Origin: an uncultured Clostridia bacterium
GTDB taxonomy: Bacteria > Bacillota > Clostridia > Christensenellales > CAG-917
Assembly: GCA_947382865.1 (NCBI GenBank)
Contig: CANDBF010000002.1
Span: 369 to 64,368, forward strand
Direction: 5' to 3'
DNA length: 64,000 nucleotides
This document shows positions 26,382 to 34,929 of the stretch, piece by piece. Made by a program: the position numbers and the translations under genes. The first letter of the stretch is position 1. Each line of letters opens with the position of its first letter. The notes beneath the pieces were generated by a model. It worked only from the letters and a program-made list of their open reading frames with translations, made no database searches and was not told the DNA's origin.

Positions 26382-27629
26382 TTACAGAGCCGCGTAAATC
26401 TTTTTGAGCTTTGCAAATCTGGGCAATCCGTCCTCGAGGGGCGCTTTCGCGTCGCCCTGAATGAGCGGCAGAGCGTATTCGATAAACTCGTCGCCTACGT
26501 ACGAGCCGTCGTTTGTTATCCATTCGAGCGGAACTTTCTTTTCCGTATTTGCGGCAAGTTCGAGGGGCATAAGCACGTTTTTGCAAACGTAATTGCCCTT
26601 CTCGTCATACTCTCTCTTGAATATGACCATTTTATCCGTCTCGCCCTCGACAGCGCTTCTGACCGCAAACGCTCCCGCATTGAACGCTTCTTCCACATCC
26701 GTCTTGGAAGCGAGGTGCGCTCCGCAGCGCTGCATAAGGCTGAGTTCTATCGGACGCACTTTCACGCCCAGTCTCTCTTTGACGATAGAGGCAAGCGTCT
26801 GGGCAAGACCGCCGAGCTGAGCGTGTCCGAAAGTATCGTTTTGCGACACCGTGCATTCCGCGACATATTTACCCTCGGCGTTTTTCAAGCCCTCGGACAC
26901 CGCAACTATGCATTTATTGTCGTTCTTCTCGCAAACGCCCTTGACGGATTCCACAAACTTATCCACGTCGAAAGGAACTTCGGGAAGATAAATCAAATCC
27001 GCGCCGAGACCCTTATATCCCGCAAGCGCGGCGGCGGCGGTGAGCCAGCCTGCGTTTCTTCCCATGATTTCGAGAATACAGACCTGTCCGAAGTTGTACA
27101 CCTTTGCGTCGAGGTTGCATTCCATAATGGTATTTGCTATATACTTCGCCGCGCTGGCGTAGCCGGGGCAGTGGTCGGTGCCGTAGAGGTCGTTGTCAAT
27201 GGTCTTGGGCACGCCGATGACGTTGCACTCGTAGCCCACGGACTGCAAATACTTGCTGACCTTGTTGCACGTATCCATACTGTCGTTTCCGCCGTTGTAG
27301 AAAAAATAGCGGATATTGTATTTTTTGAAAACCTCGAGTATGCGCCTGTAATCCGTATCGTCGACGTCGGCGTCCTTGAGCTTATATCTGGCAGAACCGA
27401 GAGCCGAAGACGGCGTGTATTTAAGGAGCTCTATTTCCTTCGGGTCCTCCTTGGACATATCGAAGAATTTCTCGTTGAGAATACCCACAATCCCATGCTC
27501 CGCGCCGTATACGGCTGTAATATTGCCCTGCTTCAAAGCCTCCGTAAAAACGCCCGCCGCGCTGCTGTTGATGACGGAGGTCGGACCTCCGCTCTGACCG
27601 AACATACACGCGCCCACCAAATTTTTCAT
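26382..27629 (-). CDS. pfp: Phosphofructokinase family, probably PPi-dependent (diphosphate--fructose-6-phosphate 1-phosphotransferase)
   Basis: AAGGAGA RBS. Motifs GQSGGPTSVIN, YNGGNDSMDT (Asp where ATP-PFKs have Gly), PKTIDNDL and MGRNAGWL. Confidence 0.8.
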   Translation of the reverse strand: MKNLVGACMFGQSGGPTSVINSSAAGVFTEALKQGNITAVYGAEHGIVGILNEKFFDMSKEDPKEIELLKYTPSSALGSARYKLKDADVDDTDYRRILEVFKKYNIRYFFYNGGNDSMDTCNKVSKYLQSVGYECNVIGVPKTIDNDLYGTDHCPGYASAAKYIANTIMECNLDAKVYNFGQVCILEIMGRNAGWLTAAAALAGYKGLGADLIYLPEVPFDVDKFVESVKGVCEKNDNKCIVAVSEGLKNAEGKYVAECTVSQNDTFGHAQLGGLAQTLASIVKERLGVKVRPIELSLMQRCGAHLASKTDVEEAFNAGAFAVRSAVEGETDKMVIFKREYDEKGNYVCKNVLMPLELAANTEKKVPLEWITNDGSYVGDEFIEYALPLIQGDAKAPLEDGLPRFAKLKKIYAAL

Positions 27630-27716
27630 ATAAAATCTCCTTTCCGCAATGCGGTAATAATGCTTTATATATTTTAGTATATTTGTTAAAAATTTTCAAG
27701 TAAAAAGATTATTACT

Positions 27717-28045
27717 TCATAATACTGTGTCTGGTTTTATTAATTTTTCAGCAATAGTTAACATAATCGCTTTATATTCTTTATCTTATTCTCCAAAACA
27801 GTTTAATAATTTTTCTTCTGCTTAATTTGTGTATAAGCAATTATTTGTTTCTACATTTCTTTGAACCAAATAGTCCATTGAACATTCAAAAAAATCCGCA
27901 ACTTTTATTTATGACATAAAATCAGGCAACCTTCCCAACTTTGTCCAACCGATTACGGTCGTATACCGAATTTTGCATCGTTCTGGAAACTGTTTTTGGT
28001 TAGTTCATTTTAATCTAATAATTCGCAGAATACATCTACAAACAT
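27717..28045 (-). pseudogene. Decayed XRE-family HTH gene
   Basis: Own minus-strand translation. It begins MFVDVFCELLD*NELTKNSFQNDAKF. After a frameshift it reads CKIRYTTVIGWTKLGRLPDFMS*IKVADFFECSMDYLVQRN...N*AEEKLLNCFGE*DKEYKAIMLTIAEKLIKPDTVL*. That gives one frameshift and four in-frame TAA stops. The region is about 25-30% GC. Confidence 0.7.
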
Positions 28046-28207
28046 AATAATCCTCTACAATAGTACTTATCCCTATTTTTAACCCAAAAACCTAATAAGA
28101 CACTTAACATACCTAAAAAGATACATGCATAATACTTATTACCCAATTAGATATTTCATGCTTAATTAGATAATAAAATGATAAATCAAGGAGACATTAT
28201 TATCAAA

Positions 28208-28393
28208 TCAAATAGTGTGATTACAGAAGCAATTTCTTGTATCGTCATCGTCGTCGGTCGAGGGCACGTTTGTAATTGTAAGCGCAAAAAGTATCGCGAG
28301 CATAACGATAGCCTCGCGGTTACTTATCTCCCCGTCCGAGAAGAACGCCAGCATAACGATGAGCAAAAACAGATACCAGTTATCGTTGAACAT
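28208..28393 (-). CDS. Small hydrophobic protein (61 aa) with poly-Asp C-terminal region; unknown, possibly a gene remnant
   Basis: ATG preceded by GGGTGGA. Two hydrophobic segments. Divergent from the ArsR gene. Normal GC content, unlike the AT-rich flank. Confidence 0.35.
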   Translation of the reverse strand: MFNDNWYLFLLIVMLAFFSDGEISNREAIVMLAILFALTITNVPSTDDDDDTRNCFCNHTI

Positions 28394-28535
28394 ATATCCA
28401 CCCGTGATTTTTTATCAAGATATGAAGTCGTATGCTCAAATGTGCAAATGCGCCGAAATTAACAATACCCAAAATCTCAAAAAAAACGACAAAAGTTTTC
28501 AAAATCGGCGAGGCGTTCCGTATTACGATACGGAT

Positions 28536-28868
28536 ATGGAAAACCTGATAGACAACGACAGCGAGGAAACCGTCATCCGCTACATACCGCGCAACGCCAC
28601 CCTGCACGCTCTTTCGGAGTTTTTTTCGGCGTGCAGCGACGTCACAAGGACAAAAATTATCTGTGCTCTTGCCATATCCGAAATGTGCGTAACGGATTTA
28701 AGCCGCATACTGGAAATCAATCAGACGACATGCTCCCACCAGCTTCGCCTGCTGCGCGCGGCGGATATAGTCAAGCAACGCCGCGACGGCAAAATCATAT
28801 ACTACTCTCTCAAAAACCGCAAAATCGAGGACGTACTGCTCGCAGGGGTCGAGTTTTTGGATTTGTAA
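28536..28868 (+). CDS. ArsR/SmtB-family metalloregulator (HTH)
   Basis: LSEFFSACSDVTRTKIICALAISEMCVTDLSRILEINQTTCSHQLRLLRAADIVKQRRDGKIIYYSL is a typical ArsR wHTH. The start is uncertain: the track starts at 28359, an alternative is ATG 28422, and no clear RBS precedes any of them. Confidence 0.75.
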   Translation: MENLIDNDSEETVIRYIPRNATLHALSEFFSACSDVTRTKIICALAISEMCVTDLSRILEINQTTCSHQLRLLRAADIVKQRRDGKIIYYSLKNRKIEDVLLAGVEFLDL

Positions 28869-29009
28869 CGAAAACTATTGGCAAATTTTTATAAAAATAT
28901 TGTATTAAATCTTAAATACTTAATGATTTCGGCATTTTAATTGAATTATATTAGAAATCATTTTAATTATTGCCCATAACGGCGCTTAGTCCGACAAACT
29001 GTATAACGA

Positions 29010-29708
29010 TTAATCCTCTGCGTCGTTTTGTTCATTTTCAATACTATTATTATCGTCTTTTTCGCTCCCGAACCTGTACTCTTCAAACGGGCTGTCTATA
29101 TCGAACGCGCTTACGTCCTCGTCATCGTCTTCGGGAAGCAGAGCGCTATCCTGCTCCTTGGACGGAACGCGCAGCGCCTTTTCGATAAGCGGAATAAGCC
29201 TCGAATATACAAGCTGCAACACGAAATCGATTGCGACAAGCGCGACAGTGCCTACGAGCGCGACCACCCAGTATGAAATCTTGTCCATAATAGCGGCGTC
29301 AATCATTATAGTGTGGCAGACGAAGTACAAAAGCGCGAGCGCGCCGTTGATATACACAATCTTGATAGGCAGGGCTATAAACCATTTCACCTTGCGATTG
29401 CGCATAATGCCGGTGATGAGAGCCATAGGACCGAAGTACGCGACGTAACCTACGACTGTGTATATATCCCCTGCAATGACAAATCCGAGCGCGGCGGAGA
29501 CGGCGTAAGCGAAAAAACCCGAAAGATAGTATTTCCTTGTGAGCGGAACCATAATCGCAACGGACGCGGCAACGTAAAAAGCGATTGTACTGAATCTCAC
29601 AATCACGCTCAACCAAACGCAGAGCAACGCAATCGCCGCCGATATGCCCGAAAGAGCCAACCTGTATATGACGTCCTGCCGACTGATTTTATTTCTTCTC
29701 TTTGCCAT
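29010..29708 (-). CDS. Small multipass membrane protein (5-6 TM) with acidic C-terminal tail; ECF-S-component-like size, function unknown
   Basis: Basic N-terminus MAKRRNKISRQ followed by consecutive hydrophobic helices and the tail EDDDEDVSAFD...NEQNDAED. No SD sequence precedes the ATG. Confidence 0.65.
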   Translation of the reverse strand: MAKRRNKISRQDVIYRLALSGISAAIALLCVWLSVIVRFSTIAFYVAASVAIMVPLTRKYYLSGFFAYAVSAALGFVIAGDIYTVVGYVAYFGPMALITGIMRNRKVKWFIALPIKIVYINGALALLYFVCHTIMIDAAIMDKISYWVVALVGTVALVAIDFVLQLVYSRLIPLIEKALRVPSKEQDSALLPEDDDEDVSAFDIDSPFEEYRFGSEKDDNNSIENEQNDAED

Positions 29709-29990
29709 AGTTTAATACTGTAATTCGCTAAAATGCAAACCGTAGTGCCACACCTCTATCAAGCTGAGGGCGACTTGCTCTGCAAAGGTGAACTGCGGGG
29801 ATTTTTATTAAATTTCCCCCTTCCTCAAGGGTACCGAGGCTTCGCGGTTTGAGAGGTAAGCCCGCTTAGGCTACGCACAATTGCCGGATTGTGCGTTTAA
29901 CGCGTCGCGCCTATTGCGGTCTCTCACTTTTAACCCCACAAAACAGGGACGTTTGATTTAGCTCACATCACACGCGGCGACATTTAGCTG
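29709..29990 (-). promoter_or_regulatory. Long structured 5' leader (candidate cis-regulatory RNA, unclassified) upstream of the membrane protein gene
   Basis: Minus-strand helices read by eye. TGAGAG (29926..29921) pairs with CTCTCA (29855..29850). AGGC (29912..29909) pairs with GCCT (29871..29868). CGCACAAT (29895..29888) pairs with ATTGTGCG (29881..29874). There is also a hairpin GGGGA-12nt-TCCCC. A conserved AT box with TATAAA lies near 29990-30000. Confidence 0.35.
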
Positions 29991-30059
29991 AAATCTATTT
30001 ATAAATTTTTAGGTTTGTTGTCGCTGTGCGTACGCAAAATGCGATACAATCGCATTTTA
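29955..30059. repeat. Dispersed intergenic element, copy A core (~105 nt)
   Basis: Aligns to the reverse complement of 47129-47234. Shared blocks are gatttagctcaca, cacacgcg, ataaatttt, tttgttgtcgctgtgc, aaaatgcg and tcgcatttt. It ends in the hairpin AAAATGCGAT-aca-ATCGCATTTT (30037-30059). Confidence 0.85.
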
Positions 30060-30102
30060 TGTTTGACATTCGGCGCAAAAGACACCCGTACCAATATTTT
30101 AT

Positions 30103-30227
30103 CTAAAACGCGATATTTGGATGCAGTGCAAGGAAGTCAAGCACGCGAGTTGCCCGGTGTACATTTCGTACACGACAATGAGCGCGCACAAGACTGACAC
30201 CGCAAGACGCCAAATAGCGCGTTTTAG
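30103..30227. repeat. 18-bp inverted repeats flanking ~90 bp (long hairpin or MITE-like unit) abutting the J-like gene stop
   Basis: CTAAAACGCGATATTTGG (30103-30120) versus CCAAATAGCGCGTTTTAG (30210-30227): 17/18 complementary. An internal hairpin GTGTAC-gaaat-GTACAC is present. The right arm contains the stop codon at 30224-30226. Confidence 0.8.
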
Positions 30228-30868
30228 CAACAACGGATAAGGTCGCCGCCCATACACTCGCAACAGCAATCCGCGCACCAAAGTGCCTGACACGCCGCAC
30301 AGCAGCCGTCGGTTGCGGAAGCCTGCTGTGAATAACTGCGCTCCGACGAGGTCGTGGTCGAGTTGTTGGAATATACGCCCTGACTACCTTCCTTATCGTA
30401 AGGACGCGAGCCGTCAATCTTCTTTTTCAGATTGTCGAGCGCGCGACGGTATTTATCGTTGTCGGGCTCCATCTGCAAGGCGATTTCCAGCTGTTTCTTG
30501 CTGTCGTTCAGCCAGTTTTTCTCATAAAAAACTATGGATTGGAAATAATGCCATTCCGCTCCGCGATAGGAAATTCTGTCAAGCTCGCGTTGCGCTCTCT
30601 CGGGGTCTTTATCGCGTATAGCCTGCTTTACGCCCTCGTAGGACGATTCGCCCTCTCCCGACACGGTAGCGTTTTCATGAGACATTTCCATCGCCTGTTG
30701 ATAGGCGCTGTCAAGCACCGCAAGCATACGCGCCGCCTCTGCGCCGCTCTCGCCCTCGTCGAACACGCGCTCCTGATAATACGCGCGCTTCTCCTTGTAC
30801 GCCTCCAAAATCTCGTTCTGCGACGCGTCTCTGTCCACGCCCAGAACTACAAACGGGTTAATTGGCAT
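30224..30868 (-). CDS. J-like domain protein lacking HPD, with TPR-like middle and Cys-rich C-terminus
   Basis: AAGGAGAAG RBS. INPFVVLGVDRDASQNEILEAYKEKRAYYQERVF aligns to the J-domain helix I-II, but HPD is replaced by QER. C-terminus is DGCCAACQALWCADCCCECMGGDLIRCC. Confidence 0.7.
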   Translation of the reverse strand: MPINPFVVLGVDRDASQNEILEAYKEKRAYYQERVFDEGESGAEAARMLAVLDSAYQQAMEMSHENATVSGEGESSYEGVKQAIRDKDPERAQRELDRISYRGAEWHYFQSIVFYEKNWLNDSKKQLEIALQMEPDNDKYRRALDNLKKKIDGSRPYDKEGSQGVYSNNSTTTSSERSYSQQASATDGCCAACQALWCADCCCECMGGDLIRCC

Positions 30869-31707
30869 TTTTCTTCTCCTTTGAGCAGACGCTCCATTTG
30901 CATTTTCAAGCCGAGATAAACGGTGTTGCTCAAAACTCCCTCGTACAGCTTGACGTCTATCATATTGTAGCTCCCGACCAGCTTATTATAGGTAGAACCT
31001 AACAAAAACGCAAGTTCATCAGCGTTTTCCGCAAGATAATCTGCCTTTTTGTCACATTTCCCGTAGTTAAGCAAAATCGGATTGTATCTGTTCTTTTTGC
31101 TGTCCTTCTCCACGTCGTCCACGGCGTCAAGCAGGTAAACCAAACGCCCAAGGTTGTACGTGAAGTCGTCGATAACGCTGTCGGTCTTTGCAAGCTCGCG
31201 GGTTATATCCCTCATCAGCGAAGCGAAACAATCCGCGACCCTGTCTATACTGTCGCACTTTTCCTTTTCCAGCGCGTTGAGCCTATGAAAGCTCTCCTTC
31301 ATAAGCGTATTTATCTTCGGTAGCCTGCGCGCCGCGGCTCGTTTTCTCATTGCAAGCCGCCATTTTATGATTATTCTTGACTTTTTACCGTCGGTCACGT
31401 CGTCCTCGGCGTTATAATAAACAAGCATCACCGCAAGGTCGGCCATCTTCAAAGAAAGCTCGTCAGGTACTGCAATAACTTTTTTCCTGCCGTTGTATAC
31501 GCACAGCTTTCTTTCAAACTTTATTTCACAATCGGTGATGCAGTGCAGCAGCACGTTGTAAAAGGTTATATCGTAATTTGTGCACAGCCTCGTAATCTGC
31601 GAGCCCGTCTTCGAGAGCGCCTTGCAAAGTCCGCAATAGAAAGCCTGAAAGACGTTGAAGTCTTTTATATACATATTGTTCTTATCAGGTATAACGTATC
31701 CGAACAT
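30847..31707 (-). CDS. Conserved hypothetical protein, DUF5685-like (from memory)
   Basis: N-terminus MFGYVIPDKNNMYIKDFNVFQAFYCGLCKAL. Its 3' end overlaps the J-like gene start by 22 nt. Confidence 0.6.
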   Translation of the reverse strand: MFGYVIPDKNNMYIKDFNVFQAFYCGLCKALSKTGSQITRLCTNYDITFYNVLLHCITDCEIKFERKLCVYNGRKKVIAVPDELSLKMADLAVMLVYYNAEDDVTDGKKSRIIIKWRLAMRKRAAARRLPKINTLMKESFHRLNALEKEKCDSIDRVADCFASLMRDITRELAKTDSVIDDFTYNLGRLVYLLDAVDDVEKDSKKNRYNPILLNYGKCDKKADYLAENADELAFLLGSTYNKLVGSYNMIDVKLYEGVLSNTVYLGLKMQMERLLKGEEKCQLTRL

Positions 31708-31829
31708 CGCTCACTCTTCTATTATTACTATACTGTCTACACATTAAACGGAAGTTAAAGCCATATTAGGCGCTTCGCCGTTTCACGTCGCGGAATCCTC
31801 CGAAACTGTCGACCAATCCCTCCATATTA

Positions 31830-32840
31830 TCAGAAGGACACCAGCCCCACTTTCTTCTTGACCTTTCTGAGCGTACGCTCCGCGAGATACGCGGCGCTTT
31901 CCGCGCCCCTCTTCGCGACGCTTGCGATATACTCCTTATCGGCGGCGTATTTCAGATACTCCTCGCGTATAGGCTTGAACTTCGCCGCGACCGCCTCGCC
32001 GACGGCTATCTTAAACGTGCCGTAGCCCTGCCCCGCAAATTCCTTTTCCACGTCGGAGACGGATTTGTTTTCTATCGCCGCGTAAATGTTTATCAGGTTG
32101 CTGATTCCGGGCTTATCCTCTCTAAGGCATATTTCGCTTCCGCTGTCTGTGACGGCGCGCTTGAAGCGACGCACTATCGTCGCCTCGTCGTCGACAATAG
32201 AAACGGTCGCGTTCTGGTCGGGATCGGATTTTGACATTTTGGAGGTCGGGTCCTGCAAAGAACAAATCTTCGCTCCCATAGTCGGGATATATCCGTCGGG
32301 CACCTTAAACGTCTCGCCATAGCGGTTGTTGAAGCGTATAGCGATATCGCGCGTAAGCTCCAGATGCTGTTTCTGGTCTATGCCTACGGGCACAAGGTCT
32401 GATTGAAACAACAATATGTCCGCCGCCATAAGCACGGGATAGTCCATAAGACCCATATTTATATTGTCCGCGTGCTTTGCGCTCTTGTCCTTAAACTGCG
32501 TCATCCTCGACGCTTCTCCGACATAGGTATTGCAATTGAGTATCCATTGAAGCTCGGCGTGCTGTCTCACGTGAGACTGAAAATACATAATCGACCTATC
32601 GGGATCTACACCGCAGGCGAGCAGCTGCGCGAAGAAGCTAAGCGCTGTTTGTCTGAACTCGGACGGTTCTCTCCTCACGGTGAGAGCGTGCATATCCGCT
32701 ATGAAAAAGATTGAATCGAACTCGGACTGCATCGTCTGCCAGTTTCTGACGGCTCCGAGATAATTTCCGAGTGTAATCGTGCCCGTGGGCTGTATGCCGC
32801 TGAGAATGATTTTTTTGCCTTGCGTCCGTTCGCTTTCCAT
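31830..32840 (-). CDS. trpS: Tryptophan--tRNA ligase
   Basis: SGIQPTGTITLGNYLG (HIGH-region equivalent) and KMSKS. 336 aa. AAGGAGG RBS. Confidence 0.93.
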   Translation of the reverse strand: MESERTQGKKIILSGIQPTGTITLGNYLGAVRNWQTMQSEFDSIFFIADMHALTVRREPSEFRQTALSFFAQLLACGVDPDRSIMYFQSHVRQHAELQWILNCNTYVGEASRMTQFKDKSAKHADNINMGLMDYPVLMAADILLFQSDLVPVGIDQKQHLELTRDIAIRFNNRYGETFKVPDGYIPTMGAKICSLQDPTSKMSKSDPDQNATVSIVDDEATIVRRFKRAVTDSGSEICLREDKPGISNLINIYAAIENKSVSDVEKEFAGQGYGTFKIAVGEAVAAKFKPIREEYLKYAADKEYIASVAKRGAESAAYLAERTLRKVKKKVGLVSF

Positions 32841-32859
32841 AGCGTTATGCCTCCTTGAT

Positions 32860-34341
32860 TTATTTCAGTTTGCCTTCCGCAAAACTCAGCACCGCTTCCT
32901 TGACGGAAGATCGGTCTATCACGTTTTTATGTATTTCGTCCGCCGCAAACAGCTCGGTCAGGCAGTAGGGACATTCCAACGCGGTGACGGATTGCAGCTT
33001 GACGATAGCCTTATAGGGGTCTTTTTCATGCCCTCCGAGCGCGGCGAACACGTCGGAAGCAAACTTAAACGGGCTTGCCGTAGACAGTATCACGGTCGGG
33101 GTATCGTCCTCCGTATCGCAGGAGTAATCGTTATAGACGCTCGCCGCCACCGCGGTATGCGTATCCATAACGTAATCGTCCAGATCGAAAAAGGTGTTTA
33201 TGGCGTCCTTTGTCTCCTCCTCGTCCGCCCAGCCCGCCTCGAAGACGTCCGCGCGAACGGTCTCGGGGTCGAGATCGAATCTGTCCTCCGTTTTCAGCTT
33301 GCCGTACAATTCTCTTATAAGAGCGTCGTCTCTTCCCGTAGTCTCGTAAATCAGTCTTTCCAGATTGCTGGAAATCAGAATATCCATAGACGGCGAAGAG
33401 GTTTTGAAAAAGTCGCGGTTTACGTCGTATTCGCCTTTATTGAAAAAGTCCGTCAGCACGTTGTTTGCGTTGGAAGCGATTATAAACCTGCCTACGGGCA
33501 AGCCCATTTTATAGGCGTAATAACCCGCGAGCACGTTCCCGAAATTGCCCGTGGGAACGGCGAAATTCACCTTGTCGCCTATTACGATTTCTCCGCTGTC
33601 CGCAAGGTCGCAATAAGCGGAAATATAATAAGCGATTTGCGGCACGAGCCTGCCCAAGTTTATGGAATTTGCGGAGCTCATCGTATATCCCAGCGCGGCA
33701 AGCTCCTGTTTAAGTTCTTCATCGTTGAAAGCGGACTTAACAGCGGTCTGCGCGTCGTCGAAATTGCCTTTTATGCCGGCGACGTGCACGTTGCCGCCCT
33801 CCTGCGTGACCATTTGCAGGCGTTGCGTCGCGCTCACTCCCTTGGACGGATAAAACACTATGACCTCCGTGCCCTCGACGTCCTTAAAGCCTTCGAGCGC
33901 GGCTTTCCCCGTATCGCCGCTCGTGGCGGTAATAACAAGAGTTTTTTCCTCTATCCCGAGATTGCGTTTCGCCGCAGTAAGCAGATAAGGCAGAAGCGTA
34001 AGCGCCATATCCTTAAACGCGCAGGTCGGACCGTGCCACAGCTCCAGCATATACAGTCCGTCCTCGACCTTGACCACGGGGCAAGGGTCTCCGTCGAAGC
34101 GTTCGTACGCTTTTTCACAGTACTCCAAAAGCTCTTCGTACTCGAAATCGTCGAAGTACATCGAAATTATCTTCGCCGCGCGTTCGGGATAACTCATCGA
34201 GATAAGCTCGCATATATCCATCTCGCTTAAAGTGGGGAAAGACGACGGCACGAAAAGTCCGCCGTCGTCCGAAATACCTTTGATAATAGCTTCGCTCGCC
34301 GATAACGCCTTATGTGCGTCGCGCGTGCTGGTAAATTTCAT
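32860..34341 (-). CDS. thrC: Threonine synthase (long form)
   Basis: MKFTSTR... N-terminus, PLP-lysine context TCAFKDMAL, 493 aa. GAGGAAG RBS. Confidence 0.9.
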   Translation of the reverse strand: MKFTSTRDAHKALSASEAIIKGISDDGGLFVPSSFPTLSEMDICELISMSYPERAAKIISMYFDDFEYEELLEYCEKAYERFDGDPCPVVKVEDGLYMLELWHGPTCAFKDMALTLLPYLLTAAKRNLGIEEKTLVITATSGDTGKAALEGFKDVEGTEVIVFYPSKGVSATQRLQMVTQEGGNVHVAGIKGNFDDAQTAVKSAFNDEELKQELAALGYTMSSANSINLGRLVPQIAYYISAYCDLADSGEIVIGDKVNFAVPTGNFGNVLAGYYAYKMGLPVGRFIIASNANNVLTDFFNKGEYDVNRDFFKTSSPSMDILISSNLERLIYETTGRDDALIRELYGKLKTEDRFDLDPETVRADVFEAGWADEEETKDAINTFFDLDDYVMDTHTAVAASVYNDYSCDTEDDTPTVILSTASPFKFASDVFAALGGHEKDPYKAIVKLQSVTALECPYCLTELFAADEIHKNVIDRSSVKEAVLSFAEGKLK

Positions 34342-34348
34342 AGCTTCC

Positions 34349-34765
34349 TCAATACTTTCTCATAAACTCGGGGAAATTCGCCTCGTCCTCGCTCACGGTA
34401 AGAACGATTTTGGTTTCCGTTTCCTTAGCTATGGAGTACATATCCTCGAAGAAATCCTTCATTTCGTTTACGGTCTTGCAAAGTATCCTGTGCGCGCCGT
34501 CTATGTAGAGAGTTTCTATATCGTGATTGCCCGCAAGCAGTCCCTTGATAAAGCCTATAAGAGCCTCTTCCGAAATGCAATCCTGTCCTCTTTTCAGACA
34601 TTTTGCGTTGACGATACGCACCTGCGGACGGATTGAAAACATATATCTGTCCGTATCCGTCAAAAATACTATATCGCCCCTTGCGCCATCAACGTTGGCG
34701 TTCGCCATATCGATAATCTGTTTAGTCTTGCCTGTTCCTTTTGCTCCGGTGATCAGTTGAATCAT
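34349..34765 (-). CDS. Small P-loop NTPase (138 aa), unknown function
   Basis: Walker A GAKGTGKT at residues 7-14. hhhD-type Walker B candidate LYIDGA. GGAGGTG RBS. Its stop lies 7 nt before the thrC start. Confidence 0.6.
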   Translation of the reverse strand: MIQLITGAKGTGKTKQIIDMANANVDGARGDIVFLTDTDRYMFSIRPQVRIVNAKCLKRGQDCISEEALIGFIKGLLAGNHDIETLYIDGAHRILCKTVNEMKDFFEDMYSIAKETETKIVLTVSEDEANFPEFMRKY

Positions 34766-34929
34766 AAAGCACCTCCGTTGATTATATTTTATAAAATATA
34801 CCGTCCGATTTCAACCCTCATTTTTATATTTTGCAAAAAATTTTGGCTGACGGTATATTTTACGGCAATATACGCCGTTTTTCGCATACACGCCCGACTT
34901 TTGAAATATACATTTCGCGCGTTTCGCGA

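Noticed and set aside
28359-28535. Long N-terminal extension of the ArsR ORF (MSKNRYQLSLNIYPPVIFYQD...), including a possible Cys-containing start at ATG 28422 (MKSYAQMCKC...).
   Set aside because: The extension overlaps the divergent 61-aa ORF and its promoter region, has no RBS, and has no similarity to ArsR N-termini. The 28422 alternative cannot be excluded and is noted in the feature.
32841-32859. Expected T-box leader upstream of trpS.
   Set aside because: Only 19 nt separate trpS from the thrC stop, so there is no room for a T-box. trpS appears to be co-transcribed with thrC.
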